Below, one piece after another: positions 55,286 to 64,000 of a stretch of DNA of 64,000 nucleotides. The position numbers and the translations under genes were made by a program. The DNA is taken from contig CAZWMG010000002.1 of assembly GCA_964634945.1 (NCBI GenBank), forward strand, positions 102,661 through 166,660, given 5' to 3'. The notes below the pieces were generated by a model, which was given only the letters and a program-made list of their open reading frames with translations, made no database searches and was not told the DNA's origin. Numbering within the stretch: the stretch's first letter is position 1; each line of letters begins with the position of its first letter. Source of the stretch: an uncultured Planctomycetia bacterium. GTDB lineage: Bacteria > Omnitrophota > Gorgyraeia > JABMRG01.

Positions 55286-56572
55286 ATGACTGCTATAAAG
55301 ACTAAGACAAAGCCAAAGAAGACAACAAAGAATAGAAAACTCCTTATGGCCCTGCTGCTTCTCCTGCTGATCCTGCTTCTGGGAGTAGGAGCAACATTAC
55401 TTCTTAAATTTTCCAGCAAGCCAGGCACATATATACATAAGAACACGAAAGGTGACTATGTATTACTTGCTAATGGCAGGCCTTTAATAGTTAAGGGTGT
55501 ATGTTATAGCCCGATACCGGTGGGAGAGGGTTCTGTATATAACTGGTGGGGAGACAAGGCAAGGCCCTGGATGATTGATGGAAAGCTTATGAAAGACGCG
55601 GGGATAAATACAGTTAGATTTTATGAGCCCGGTGACAAGCCATCACAGGTGAAGAAGGTAATATCGGATTTTTATGATAATTATGGTATATACTCGATCA
55701 TGGGCCATGGTTTGGGTTTTTGGGATTTTCCACATGCGAATTACGCGGATCCTGCCTTTCAGCAACAGATCAAAAGGCAGGTATACCAAATGGTAAAGGC
55801 ATACAGAGACGAGCCCGGAGTATTGGCATGGGTCTTAGGTAATGAAGCGAACTATTCTTTTGATGGAAGCGTAAATCCATGGTCTACCTCAGAGCTTGAC
55901 TCTATTAATAACCCGCGCGATAGAAAATTGGCTAAGGCCAAGATATATTACACATTCTTAAATGAGCTTGCCCAGATAGTTAAAAAGATAGATCCGTCCC
56001 GGCCAGTAGGCTTTGGAAACGGCGAGCTTGGCAGTATAGAGGTCGCAAAAGAGTATTGCCCTGATTTTGATTTTGTAGGTATCATAATCTACAGAGGCAA
56101 GTCTTTCGGCAATATGTTCCGCCAGCTTAAAGATAGATATGGGAAACCATCCATCATTATTGAGTTTGGCTGTGACTCTTACAACGCGTTAAAGCAAGAA
56201 CCGGATGAAGAGAACCAAGCATTCTTTTTAAAGACGCTATGGAATGAAGTAGAGTATAATTCATATACGGGTAAGGGTGAAGGAAACTGTTTAGGCGGCT
56301 GCATATTCGAGTGGAATGATGAGTGGTGGAAGCATGGACAGGATGATATCGGTGAATGGAACCTACAAAATACCCAGGCAGGATGGACTAATGGGTCATA
56401 TTATTTTGATACTGAGGGCAATCCTAATATGAATGAGGAATGGTTTGGGATTGTAACTTTAAAGGCTGAAAAAGAGAATGGCGTTAACAAGAGGGTTCCT
56501 AAAAAGGCTTATTACGATTTGAAGGAGCTTTGGGAGCAAGAGGATAAGGTTACTGCCTGCGACTGGAGATAG
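55286..56572 (+). CDS. Membrane-anchored clan GH-A glycoside hydrolase (GH2 TIM-barrel/GH72/GH158-like), probably acting on beta-glucan (428 aa)
   Basis: N-terminal TM anchor; VKGVCYSP, GINTVRFY, WVLGNE (acid/base), IIIEFGCD (nucleophile), GGCIFEWNDEWWK, NEEWFGI. Confidence 0.85.
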   Translation: MTAIKTKTKPKKTTKNRKLLMALLLLLLILLLGVGATLLLKFSSKPGTYIHKNTKGDYVLLANGRPLIVKGVCYSPIPVGEGSVYNWWGDKARPWMIDGKLMKDAGINTVRFYEPGDKPSQVKKVISDFYDNYGIYSIMGHGLGFWDFPHANYADPAFQQQIKRQVYQMVKAYRDEPGVLAWVLGNEANYSFDGSVNPWSTSELDSINNPRDRKLAKAKIYYTFLNELAQIVKKIDPSRPVGFGNGELGSIEVAKEYCPDFDFVGIIIYRGKSFGNMFRQLKDRYGKPSIIIEFGCDSYNALKQEPDEENQAFFLKTLWNEVEYNSYTGKGEGNCLGGCIFEWNDEWWKHGQDDIGEWNLQNTQAGWTNGSYYFDTEGNPNMNEEWFGIVTLKAEKENGVNKRVPKKAYYDLKELWEQEDKVTACDWR

Positions 56573-56589
56573 GTTCGTATAACGTTGTG

Positions 56590-56670
56590 CGTGATGCGTA
56601 TTGCGCAATGCTAAAACCGCAATACCTGCCTACCGGCAGGCAGGCGCGATACGAGATACTCAATACGAAT
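56590..56670. repeat. REP-like palindrome CCTGCCTACCGGCAGGCAGG inside heptamer repeats
   Basis: Near-palindrome at 56625-56644, flanked by GCAATAC/GCGATAC/GAGATAC/TCAATAC units and upstream reverse-complement units. Confidence 0.75.
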
Positions 56671-56701
56671 ATTATATAATAATACTTAATAAGGAGCAAT
56701 A

Positions 56702-58012
56702 ATGCAAAAGTTTCTGTCAATAGCGTTGTTTTTAGTTATGGTAAGCGTTACTGGTTGCGCACCCGGAAATGGTGCTGACAAAGTTGCATCGGATAAGATA
56801 ACCGTCTGGCATTGGATGACGGATAGAGAAGGCACCTTTAACGAGCTCGCGGAAAAATATAAAGCGCTTACAGGAACGGATGTTAAGTTTGAGTTATACG
56901 CGCCAACAGACGCTTACAGCGAGAAGATAAAAGGCGCGGCACAGACACAAACCCTGCCTGATGTTTTTGGCATACTAGCCGATAAGAGAGTTATATCATC
57001 GTTTATAAAGGCAGGCCATGTTCTTAATCTCGATACTTATATGGATGCGGATAATGGAAAATGGAAAAAGGTATTTTACGCAAAGGCACTGAATGTTAAC
57101 AGGTTCATGCTGGGTAACGAATTTGGGGTTGCGCCAGGCATCTACGCGGCGCCTTTGGATGTAATGAATATACAGATGCTATACAACAAGGATCTGTTTA
57201 AGAAGGCAGGCCTTGACCCGGAGAACCCACCCAGGAACTGGGCAGAATTTTTAGATGCCGGAAACAAGCTTCACGCTGCCGGCATACAAGGCATGGTAAG
57301 CGGATGGGGAGAGATCTGGATGATAGATTGTCTCGCGTCTAATTACGCGTATAATATAATGGGTGAAAAGAAGTTTATTGACACTATCAAGGGAGAGGTC
57401 TCATATGCTGATCAGGACTGGATAGATGTCTTTACTGTTTTTAAAGATATGAGAGACAATAACCTGCTTGCCAATGGTATCGTTACTATGGTCAACAAGC
57501 ACGCGGAACAGATGTTTGCGAACCAACGCGCCGCGCTGGCATTTAATGGTTCATGGTGCGTAAATGTATATCATGGCATGAATCCGGATCTGAATTATGG
57601 CGCAATGTTGCCACCTGCGTATTCAAATAAATACCCTATGAAGATATGGGGTGGAGCGGGTGCCAGCCTTATGGTTAATGCTAGGACTAAAGATAGAGAC
57701 AAGGTCGTTGAATTCTTAAAATGGTTTACAGCTAAAGGCCAGCAGGCATATTTAGCGAATGAGACACGCAACCTGCCCGCTAATAAAGATAGCCTTGGTG
57801 AGATATCTCCCGTATTAGCGCAGTTTGTTGATGATATGGATAGCGTTACCCATCCGAACAATCTTAATGTTTCAGAGTTTCCTAAGGTTATAGAAGCGCG
57901 AGATAAGGGCATACAGTCTATTGTAATAGGCGAAAAGACCCCCGAAGAAGTCGCTTTAGAGGTGCAGGCTGTTAAGATAAGAGAGATGGGAAAAGCAGGG
58001 GGACTCTCCTAA
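56702..58012 (+). CDS. Carbohydrate ABC transporter substrate-binding lipoprotein (436 aa)
   Basis: Lipobox VTGC; ITVWHW, LPDVF, MLYNKDLFKKAGLDPENPPRNWAEF, AFNGSW (SBP family 1). Confidence 0.93.
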   Translation: MQKFLSIALFLVMVSVTGCAPGNGADKVASDKITVWHWMTDREGTFNELAEKYKALTGTDVKFELYAPTDAYSEKIKGAAQTQTLPDVFGILADKRVISSFIKAGHVLNLDTYMDADNGKWKKVFYAKALNVNRFMLGNEFGVAPGIYAAPLDVMNIQMLYNKDLFKKAGLDPENPPRNWAEFLDAGNKLHAAGIQGMVSGWGEIWMIDCLASNYAYNIMGEKKFIDTIKGEVSYADQDWIDVFTVFKDMRDNNLLANGIVTMVNKHAEQMFANQRAALAFNGSWCVNVYHGMNPDLNYGAMLPPAYSNKYPMKIWGGAGASLMVNARTKDRDKVVEFLKWFTAKGQQAYLANETRNLPANKDSLGEISPVLAQFVDDMDSVTHPNNLNVSEFPKVIEARDKGIQSIVIGEKTPEEVALEVQAVKIREMGKAGGLS

Positions 58013-58160
58013 AGGGGACGCCCCTGAGCATGGAAATAGATAAAATTTTGCAAAAATAATAAATTTGTGCAACATGCAATAATATATATATAGTTAAGCA
58101 AAATATAGTTATCAGAAAACTAAAAAAACGATAAAACTCAATCTCAGGGGTGTCCCCTTT
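58011..58160. mobile_element. 150-bp MITE/REP-like element with 18-bp terminal inverted repeats
   Basis: AAAGGGGACGCCCCTGAG (58011-58028) / CTCAGGGGTGTCCCCTTT (58143-58160), 17/18 complementary, enclosing an AT-rich non-coding core. Confidence 0.6.
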
Positions 58161-58184
58161 GCTTTAAAAAGTTTTAGGAATAAG

Positions 58185-59078
58185 ATGGAACATAGAAAAG
58201 CAAAAAAGATATTTACGAATTATCTCTTTGTCCTACCTGCGGTGCTATTGTTCTGCACCTTTCATCTATACCCTTTTGTGAATGTTTTTCGTTATTCACT
58301 GTTTCAATGGGATGGTATAGTACCATTTTCATCCGCGCAATTTGTAGGCCTCGCGCATTTTAAAGATATATTTACTGCTAATCCACAGTGGTGGTATTCC
58401 ATGTGGCATGCTTTTTATATTACCCTTCTTACATTGATATTTCAGAATGGGCTTGCCCTGCTTTTAGCACTTGCATGTGATAGGGCCATAAGAGGCGCTA
58501 AGGCTTACAGGATGATATTCTTCCTGCCGCCTGTGCTTTCCGGTATCGTGGTAGGACTTATCTGGCAATGGATATATGATGGTAATTATGGGCTTTTAAA
58601 TTACTGGTTGACGAGCATAGGCCTGGGCCATTTAGCGCGTGCCTGGCTTGCGGATCCTAATACCGCACTTACATGCGTTGGCATAGTGCATATGTGGAAG
58701 GGTTTTGGATGGGGCTTTATAATACTCTTGGCCGGCCTTCAATCTATACCCCGTGAATTATATGAGGCGGCAAAGGTAGATGGCGCTGGGGCATGGGATA
58801 CATTCAGGCGCGTTACAGTGCCACTTATGGTGCCTGTCTTTGTTCTTGTAACGATCCTTACAATACTTAATACAATGCAGATATATGATCTGATAGTCTC
58901 TCTTACAGGTGGAGGCCCGGGTTATCATACAGAGGTTCCGATAACAAGGATATTGGCGGCGATGAGGGGTGGCTCGCGTCTTGGTTACGCTTGCGCTCTC
59001 GGCATTGTCTTTGGACTTATGTTACTTGTTGTATCATTTATACAGATACAGGCTTCAAAATTGGCAAAACAGGAGTAA
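58185..59078 (+). CDS. Carbohydrate ABC transporter permease (MalF/UgpA type, 297 aa)
   Basis: YLFVLPA, FVGLAHF, FFLPPVLS, EAA loop LAGLQSIPRELYEAAKVDGA. Confidence 0.95.
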   Translation: MEHRKAKKIFTNYLFVLPAVLLFCTFHLYPFVNVFRYSLFQWDGIVPFSSAQFVGLAHFKDIFTANPQWWYSMWHAFYITLLTLIFQNGLALLLALACDRAIRGAKAYRMIFFLPPVLSGIVVGLIWQWIYDGNYGLLNYWLTSIGLGHLARAWLADPNTALTCVGIVHMWKGFGWGFIILLAGLQSIPRELYEAAKVDGAGAWDTFRRVTVPLMVPVFVLVTILTILNTMQIYDLIVSLTGGGPGYHTEVPITRILAAMRGGSRLGYACALGIVFGLMLLVVSFIQIQASKLAKQE

Positions 59079-59080
59079 AC

Positions 59081-59144
59081 GTTATAGCGTTATGGGGTTA
59101 TGGTGCTATTGCGTTATAGCGTTATGGGGTTATGGTGTTATTGC
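59081..59144. repeat. Intergenic 8-mer tandem array (GTTATxGy x8; 32-bp block duplicated)
   Basis: gttatagc gttatggg gttatggt gctattgc gttatagc gttatggg gttatggt gttattgc; reverse complement of the unit at 134-168. Confidence 0.85.
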
Positions 59145-59168
59145 GTTTAGAGCTATAAAAGGAAAGAG

Positions 59169-60053
59169 ATGCAGAAACCTATATATTACAAAGTAAAACA
59201 ATTCATACTAACGTATTCTACCCATATACTGCTTATTATCGTATCTCTTAGCTGCATACTCCCTCTCTTATGGATGTTCTCATCAAGCTTAAAGACCCAG
59301 GCAACGGTCTTTTCTGATATGAGCCTTTTTCCACAGAATCCGCATTGGGGGAACTTTTATATCGCCTGGACAAAAGGCGGGTTTGGCAGATATTTTTTCA
59401 ATAGCCTGCTTTATACTATCGTAGTTGTGCTAGGTATCGTATTTGTTACATCTCTAGCCGCGTATGGTATTTCACGGCTTAAGATACCCGGTAAGAATAT
59501 TATATTTTATGTTTTTTTAGCTGCCATGATGATACCGATACCCGGCGCGTTTGTGGCATTGTATGTGCTTTTAAATAAGCTGGGATTCTTGAACCCCCAA
59601 ACAGGTTTTCCATTACTGGATAACGCTATAATGAGGCTTGGCTATATCCTACCTTTGATAAACAGCGGGCTCTCTCTCGGTATATATATGCTTAAGACGT
59701 TTTTTGATAAGATGCCCGGTGACCTGGAAGATTCCGCGAGGATAGACGGCTGCTCGGTATTTGGCATATATTGGCACATAGCCTTACCTATGGCAAAGCC
59801 CGCGATAGCGGTTATTGTAATCTTTAATACATTGAATGTGTGGAACGAATACTTGCTCGCCATGCTTGTGTTGACAGGCAAGAACCTTATGCCTTTAACC
59901 AGGGCACTTATGGTCTTTCGCGGTACACATATTACTGAATACCCGCTTCTTATGTCAGGCATGACAATTACGGTAATACCGATAATAATTGTGTATATAT
60001 TATTACAAAAACATATCATAGCGGGCATAACAGCAGGAGCGGTAAAGGGATGA
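59169..60053 (+). CDS. Carbohydrate ABC transporter permease (MalG/UgpE type, 294 aa)
   Basis: PLLWMFSSSLK, FFNSL, AAYGISRL, DLEDSARIDGC, WNEYL, GITAGAVKG. Confidence 0.95.
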   Translation: MQKPIYYKVKQFILTYSTHILLIIVSLSCILPLLWMFSSSLKTQATVFSDMSLFPQNPHWGNFYIAWTKGGFGRYFFNSLLYTIVVVLGIVFVTSLAAYGISRLKIPGKNIIFYVFLAAMMIPIPGAFVALYVLLNKLGFLNPQTGFPLLDNAIMRLGYILPLINSGLSLGIYMLKTFFDKMPGDLEDSARIDGCSVFGIYWHIALPMAKPAIAVIVIFNTLNVWNEYLLAMLVLTGKNLMPLTRALMVFRGTHITEYPLLMSGMTITVIPIIIVYILLQKHIIAGITAGAVKG

Positions 60054-60673
60054 AAGTTCGGTTATCGGTTGTAGGTTTTGGGTTATCGTTAATACTTTTT
60101 GCAACAATACTAGTTGCGGTTTATGCTTTTGCGCTTGAATTGCCGGAAGGAGTAAAGGATTATTATAAAGACGGCGTGGCTAGCGCTCCCGGGAGATCAG
60201 AAGGAGTGCCTCCTACAGTCAAGAAGGCTGATGTAAAAGAAGGCGTTGATATGGGCAGGAGGGAGACCAAGGAGTATGATTTTAGCGATGAATCCGCGGG
60301 AGCCCTTATGGCAAAGGCATGGGAAGCGCTTAATAAAAAAGATGAGCAGGCCCTAACCGCTTATACGTCAAGGTGCATAGAACTTTACGAAGAAGATGCG
60401 AAAGATCAAGAGGCAAAACTTGATGCCTTCGCGCCATCAGGCTCTGAAGCGGATTACGACGCCTTAAATAATGTCGCTGTCTCTTATTTTATTCGAGGTG
60501 AATTTTACAAGTACAAGAAGGATTGGAAAGAATCCAGTAAGAATTATAAGAAGGTTGTAGATAATTTTTATTTTGCGCAATACTGGGATCCACGCGGATG
60601 GTGGTGGAAGCCGGCGGAGATATCAGAAGGCGAGATAAAAAAGATTGATGAAGGTTATTATGAGAAAGATTAA
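60050..60673 (+). CDS. Exported TPR-like protein (207 aa)
   Basis: ATGA overlap with the permease; signal peptide ending AFA; helical KAWEAL / VSYFIRGE..YK TPR-like pairs; WDPRGWWWKPA C-terminal motif. Confidence 0.75.
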   Translation: MKVRLSVVGFGLSLILFATILVAVYAFALELPEGVKDYYKDGVASAPGRSEGVPPTVKKADVKEGVDMGRRETKEYDFSDESAGALMAKAWEALNKKDEQALTAYTSRCIELYEEDAKDQEAKLDAFAPSGSEADYDALNNVAVSYFIRGEFYKYKKDWKESSKNYKKVVDNFYFAQYWDPRGWWWKPAEISEGEIKKIDEGYYEKD

Positions 60674-60675
60674 GT

Positions 60676-62571
60676 ATGCGTTCTAAGCTCTACATCCTGT
60701 GTTCTATATTAGTATTTTCTTTCATAGTCTTGTTGGCTGGTTGCGGGTCATCTAATAGCTTTGAGGAGGCACCTAGTTTTAAACTCGCGGAAAGAGGAAG
60801 CGAAGGCATAATAGATTACAAAAAATATGGCGTCTTTGAGGGCGTTGGTACACAAGATTACCGTTATATTATAGATGACCAGGCAGGCCTGTCAAAGGCT
60901 GTTGGTGAGGGCATATATCCAAATTCATCAAGCGTACTTAAGGACCCGGGGTATGAGGAATTTAAGAGTTCAGGCAGGCTCAAGGGCAAGCATTGGGATT
61001 TTATAAATAAACCTGAATATCAGGCAAATTTTTATAAGTGGGCAACGGCGCCTGAGGATAGAGGAGTGAAATTATTTTATACTGCTTTTGCCCTTGAAAA
61101 ATCAGGCCATATAAAGCAGGCTATCAAGGCGTATTACGCGCTTTGCGTAAATTTTCCAAAGACTATAGGGTGGACATATTGGCATACACCCTGGTATGTT
61201 GGCCAGGTGTCGATTGACAAGATAAGATTTTTATGTAAAAAATATCCTCAGCTAGGGTGGAGACTTGAGGGTGGATATATACTTGTAAAGAATGGCTATG
61301 ATGACAATGTAAGAAACGATGTATTCATAGTTGATCCGGGGCGGATTGTAAAGGCGAAACCGGAACAGCTTCAAGAGAAGAGAAGAGATATAGCCAACCA
61401 AGAGATTATTAAATCAACAGGGGATGATCATATCAAGCTTGTACAGTATGAGGATAGGTCATGGCAGCTTTATGTTGACGGCAAGCCTTACATCATTAAA
61501 GGGATTGCTTATGAGCCCAGCAAGATAGGCCAGAGTCCTGATCAGGGAAATCTTGAGGATTGGATGCAGCAGGATAATAACCATAACTCTAAGATAGATG
61601 CGCCATATGACACATGGGTCGATAAGAATAAGAATGATATTAAGGATGCTGATGAGCAGGTGGTAGGTGATTTTAATCTTTTATGGAATATGGGTTGTAA
61701 TACCATAAGGGTGTATCATCATGCTTCAAATATGCCGTTGTTAAGAGACCTTTATGAAAATTATGGGATTATGTCACTGATGGGTGATTTTATAGGGGCA
61801 TATGCTATAGGCTCAGGCGCTACATGGTATAAAGGTACGGATTATTCGGACCCGGTTCAGCAGCAGAATATGTTGGATAGCATAAAAGAGATGGTAGATA
61901 CGTATAAGGATGAACCGTATGTACTTATGTGGGTCCTAGGAAATGAGAACAACTACGGTGTGGCTAATAACGCTAAGAAGGACCCTGTATCATACTATAA
62001 GTTTGTAAATAAGGCAGCAGAGTTTATAAAATCGATAGATCCCCATAACAGGCCGGTCGCTATATGCAACGGAGAGATAATATTCCTTGATATATTTGCC
62101 AAAGAATGCCCCGCTGTAGATGTATTTGGTTTGAATTCGTATCGTGGAGATTATGGTTTTGGCCATTTATGGCTTACTGTAAAGGAAGAGGCGGATATCC
62201 CGGTTATTATAACAGAATATGGTTGCCCGGCACATAATATGTATACAGATGAGGCAACAGCCGAATTGCAGCAGGCAGAATATTTAAAAAATTGCTGGAT
62301 TGATATTATATCTAATTCAGATGGCTATGGGCAGGGGAATAGTTTGGGCGGAGTATTATTTGAATGGGTAGATGAGTGGTGGAAGGCGTATGAGCCTGGG
62401 CTGCATGATACAAAGCCTTTATGGGCAGGATCATTTCCCGATGGATGGATGCATGAGGAATGGCTCGGAGTAGCATCACAAGGCAGCGGTAAGAATAGTC
62501 CGTATCAACGGGTCTTAAGAAAAGCATATTACGAATACAGGGATATGTGGAAAACTAGGGAAAGCGACTAG
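60676..62571 (+). CDS. Lipoprotein: TPR-like N-region + clan GH-A glycoside hydrolase (631 aa)
   Basis: Lipobox LAGC; TPR-like LFYTAFALEKSG..QAIKAY; IKGIAYEP, GCNTIRVY, WVLGNE, IITEYGC, GGVLFEWVDEWWK. Paralogous to 55286..56572. Confidence 0.88.
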   Translation: MRSKLYILCSILVFSFIVLLAGCGSSNSFEEAPSFKLAERGSEGIIDYKKYGVFEGVGTQDYRYIIDDQAGLSKAVGEGIYPNSSSVLKDPGYEEFKSSGRLKGKHWDFINKPEYQANFYKWATAPEDRGVKLFYTAFALEKSGHIKQAIKAYYALCVNFPKTIGWTYWHTPWYVGQVSIDKIRFLCKKYPQLGWRLEGGYILVKNGYDDNVRNDVFIVDPGRIVKAKPEQLQEKRRDIANQEIIKSTGDDHIKLVQYEDRSWQLYVDGKPYIIKGIAYEPSKIGQSPDQGNLEDWMQQDNNHNSKIDAPYDTWVDKNKNDIKDADEQVVGDFNLLWNMGCNTIRVYHHASNMPLLRDLYENYGIMSLMGDFIGAYAIGSGATWYKGTDYSDPVQQQNMLDSIKEMVDTYKDEPYVLMWVLGNENNYGVANNAKKDPVSYYKFVNKAAEFIKSIDPHNRPVAICNGEIIFLDIFAKECPAVDVFGLNSYRGDYGFGHLWLTVKEEADIPVIITEYGCPAHNMYTDEATAELQQAEYLKNCWIDIISNSDGYGQGNSLGGVLFEWVDEWWKAYEPGLHDTKPLWAGSFPDGWMHEEWLGVASQGSGKNSPYQRVLRKAYYEYRDMWKTRESD

Positions 62572-62606
62572 TCTTCATAAACACAATACAAACAAAGGAG
62601 GAGCAC

Positions 62607-63209
62607 ATGGGCAAAAAAAGATTTTTAGGTTTGATAGTATTTGCGGCTCTGGTTTTTAGCACGATGGCGCTTCAGGCGCAGAGTGTGGAGTTCTTTGAGC
62701 CATTCAATGTCTATACAGACAAAAACGCGCGCGGCAATCACTATTCTCCGTCGGGATGGATGGGTGATTACAGTGACATCGCTTTTACGGACGCGTGGAA
62801 AGAAAACCCGCATTCAGGTATGAGTTGTATTAAGGTTAATTATAAGCCTAAGGCTTCACAGGGCGCAAGGTGGACAGGCATGTATTGGCAGAACCCACCT
62901 AATAACTGGGGAGAGAAGAAGGGCGGATATGATCTAACAGGCGCTAAAAAACTCACATTCTGGGCACGTGGAGAAAAAGGCGGTGAACGCATAGAAGAGG
63001 TCAAGATAGGCGGCTTATCAGGCACATACCCTGATTCAGATATCGCGGCAGCAGGCCCTATTATCTTGACAAAAGATTGGCAGGAGTATAGTATAAATCT
63101 AGATGGTAAAGACCTAAGCTATATAAGCGGTGGCTTTGTATGGGCTACTAATCTTGATGTTAATCCAAGTGGGTGTACTTTTTATATTGATGATATAAGA
63201 TACGAATAA
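62607..63209 (+). CDS. Secreted galactose-binding-like carbohydrate-binding protein (200 aa)
   Basis: RBS AGGAGG; signal peptide ending ALQA; same motifs as 54565..55209. Confidence 0.82.
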   Translation: MGKKRFLGLIVFAALVFSTMALQAQSVEFFEPFNVYTDKNARGNHYSPSGWMGDYSDIAFTDAWKENPHSGMSCIKVNYKPKASQGARWTGMYWQNPPNNWGEKKGGYDLTGAKKLTFWARGEKGGERIEEVKIGGLSGTYPDSDIAAAGPIILTKDWQEYSINLDGKDLSYISGGFVWATNLDVNPSGCTFYIDDIRYE

Positions 63210-63233
63210 AACACACCTGCGTGAATAATGAAG

Positions 63234-63291
63234 AAAAAGGGGCAGTTTGCTTTTATACAGTCTTTTTATAGAAGTAGCCTGCTCCTTTTTT
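63234..63291 (+). terminator. Rho-independent terminator
   Basis: AAAAAGGGGCAG...CTGCTCCTTTTTT with an inner stem and U-tract. Confidence 0.65.
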
Positions 63292-63339
63292 AACTAGAAA
63301 TAGCGGTTTAAGGTACGGTTTTTGTAATACAATAAATCT

Positions 63340-64000
63340 ATGAAACAAGATTATCCAGATCGCAGAAAATATATAAGGTTGAATTCATGTTTCCCAATTG
63401 AATTCAGCTTCTTTTTTTCCGCGAAAACAACACTCACAAAAGAATACCAGGGTTTTACGCGTGACATCTCTGAAGGTGGCTTATGCCTTGACGCGAAGAA
63501 CCTAAGCGATGAAGATTCCGTGCTTGTGTTGAAAAAATGGCCGAGTCTGAATCTTACTATTGATATACCTGTCTTGGGCCATCTGGTTAAGACAAGAGCA
63601 AAGGTTGTATGGGTTAAAAAAGATGATAGTGACACGGAAAAGAATAACTATTTTATAGGGGTCTCTTACCTGGATATAAATGCTAAGGATAAGAGGAAGA
63701 TTATAAATTACGCACGGCGCTTGAAATATTTACCACGTTTGGCTGTAGCGTTACTTGTTCTTATGTTTCTAGGAATAGCGGCCCTTTCTTTTTATCATAT
63801 ACAGTCAAAAAAAGAGAATAAGGTGCTGGTAAATCAGCTTGTTTCTGTATCAGAGGTTAAGTCTGATCTTGAAAAGCGCTTAAATGAGCTCAAGACCCGC
63901 AAGGATATGCTGGAGGCCAAGCTTGTTAAAAGCGCTGAAGGAGCTGTAGGTCTTAAGCAAAGAATAGCTGATATAGAAAAGAGATTGACTGATGAGAAGA
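63340..64000 (+). CDS. PilZ-domain (c-di-GMP-binding) membrane protein with a coiled coil, partial; absent from the ORF track
   Basis: ATG 63340 reads MKQDYPDRRKYIRLN (RxxxR)...TRDISEGGLCL (DxSxxG)...AKVVWVK...IGVSY, then a TM helix LAVALLVLMFLGIAALSFY and a coiled coil; open to the window end. Confidence 0.9.
   Translation, partial: MKQDYPDRRKYIRLNSCFPIEFSFFFSAKTTLTKEYQGFTRDISEGGLCLDAKNLSDEDSVLVLKKWPSLNLTIDIPVLGHLVKTRAKVVWVKKDDSDTEKNNYFIGVSYLDINAKDKRKIINYARRLKYLPRLAVALLVLMFLGIAALSFYHIQSKKENKVLVNQLVSVSEVKSDLEKRLNELKTRKDMLEAKLVKSAEGAVGLKQRIADIEKRLTDEK

Noticed and set aside
161-63635. The many 60-254-aa minus-strand and alternate-frame ORFs in the track
   Set aside because: They overlap long + strand genes with recognisable motifs, have antisense-shadow composition and show no family motifs.
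63351-63635. 94-aa minus-strand ORF as the real gene at the window end
   Set aside because: The + strand frame from 63340 has clear PilZ motifs and covers the same span.

Overview
A ~40% GC bacterial window with all credible genes on the + strand. The gene architecture resembles candidate phylum Omnitrophota (inference from giant-gene content, not proven). In order: (1) the tail of a wHTH-type gene and an AcrB-family RND permease. (2) One 42.9-kb ORF of 14,300 aa with a Sec-type signal peptide, TraB/Tiki/ChaN-like N-domain, divergent SecA-like ATPase, membrane block, 2x LysM, TolC-like segments, probable beta-barrel, long helical and beta repeats, CBM-like and six-hairpin glycosidase-like domains, and a membrane-embedded processive GT2-like synthase. 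(3) A 1,943-aa signal-peptide protein fusing NDK, a UDPGP-family pyrophosphorylase and phosphoglucomutase, which together could make UDP-glucose. (4) A ~599-aa exported protein of unknown function. (5) A beta-glucan-type locus with 2 CBM-like proteins, 2 clan GH-A hydrolases, a sugar ABC transporter, a TPR-like protein and a PilZ membrane protein. The strongest unexplained signal is a shared pattern in the three exported proteins. A K-[TSA]-[SA]-S-[SA]-G-type linker occurs 11 times in the two larger ones, at module boundaries (it brackets the PGM exactly). The two smaller ones share a TLRxxxSxN...AxxFL motif after the signal peptide. All three end in a hydrophobic, Ala-terminated helix. This suggests exported, possibly self-processed polyproteins carrying cytoplasmic enzymes. 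A 33-bp palindromic element also flanks the 49-kb giant-gene block as a direct repeat. No CRISPR array, rRNA or tRNA was recognised. Domain calls come from motif reading by eye and boundaries are approximate.
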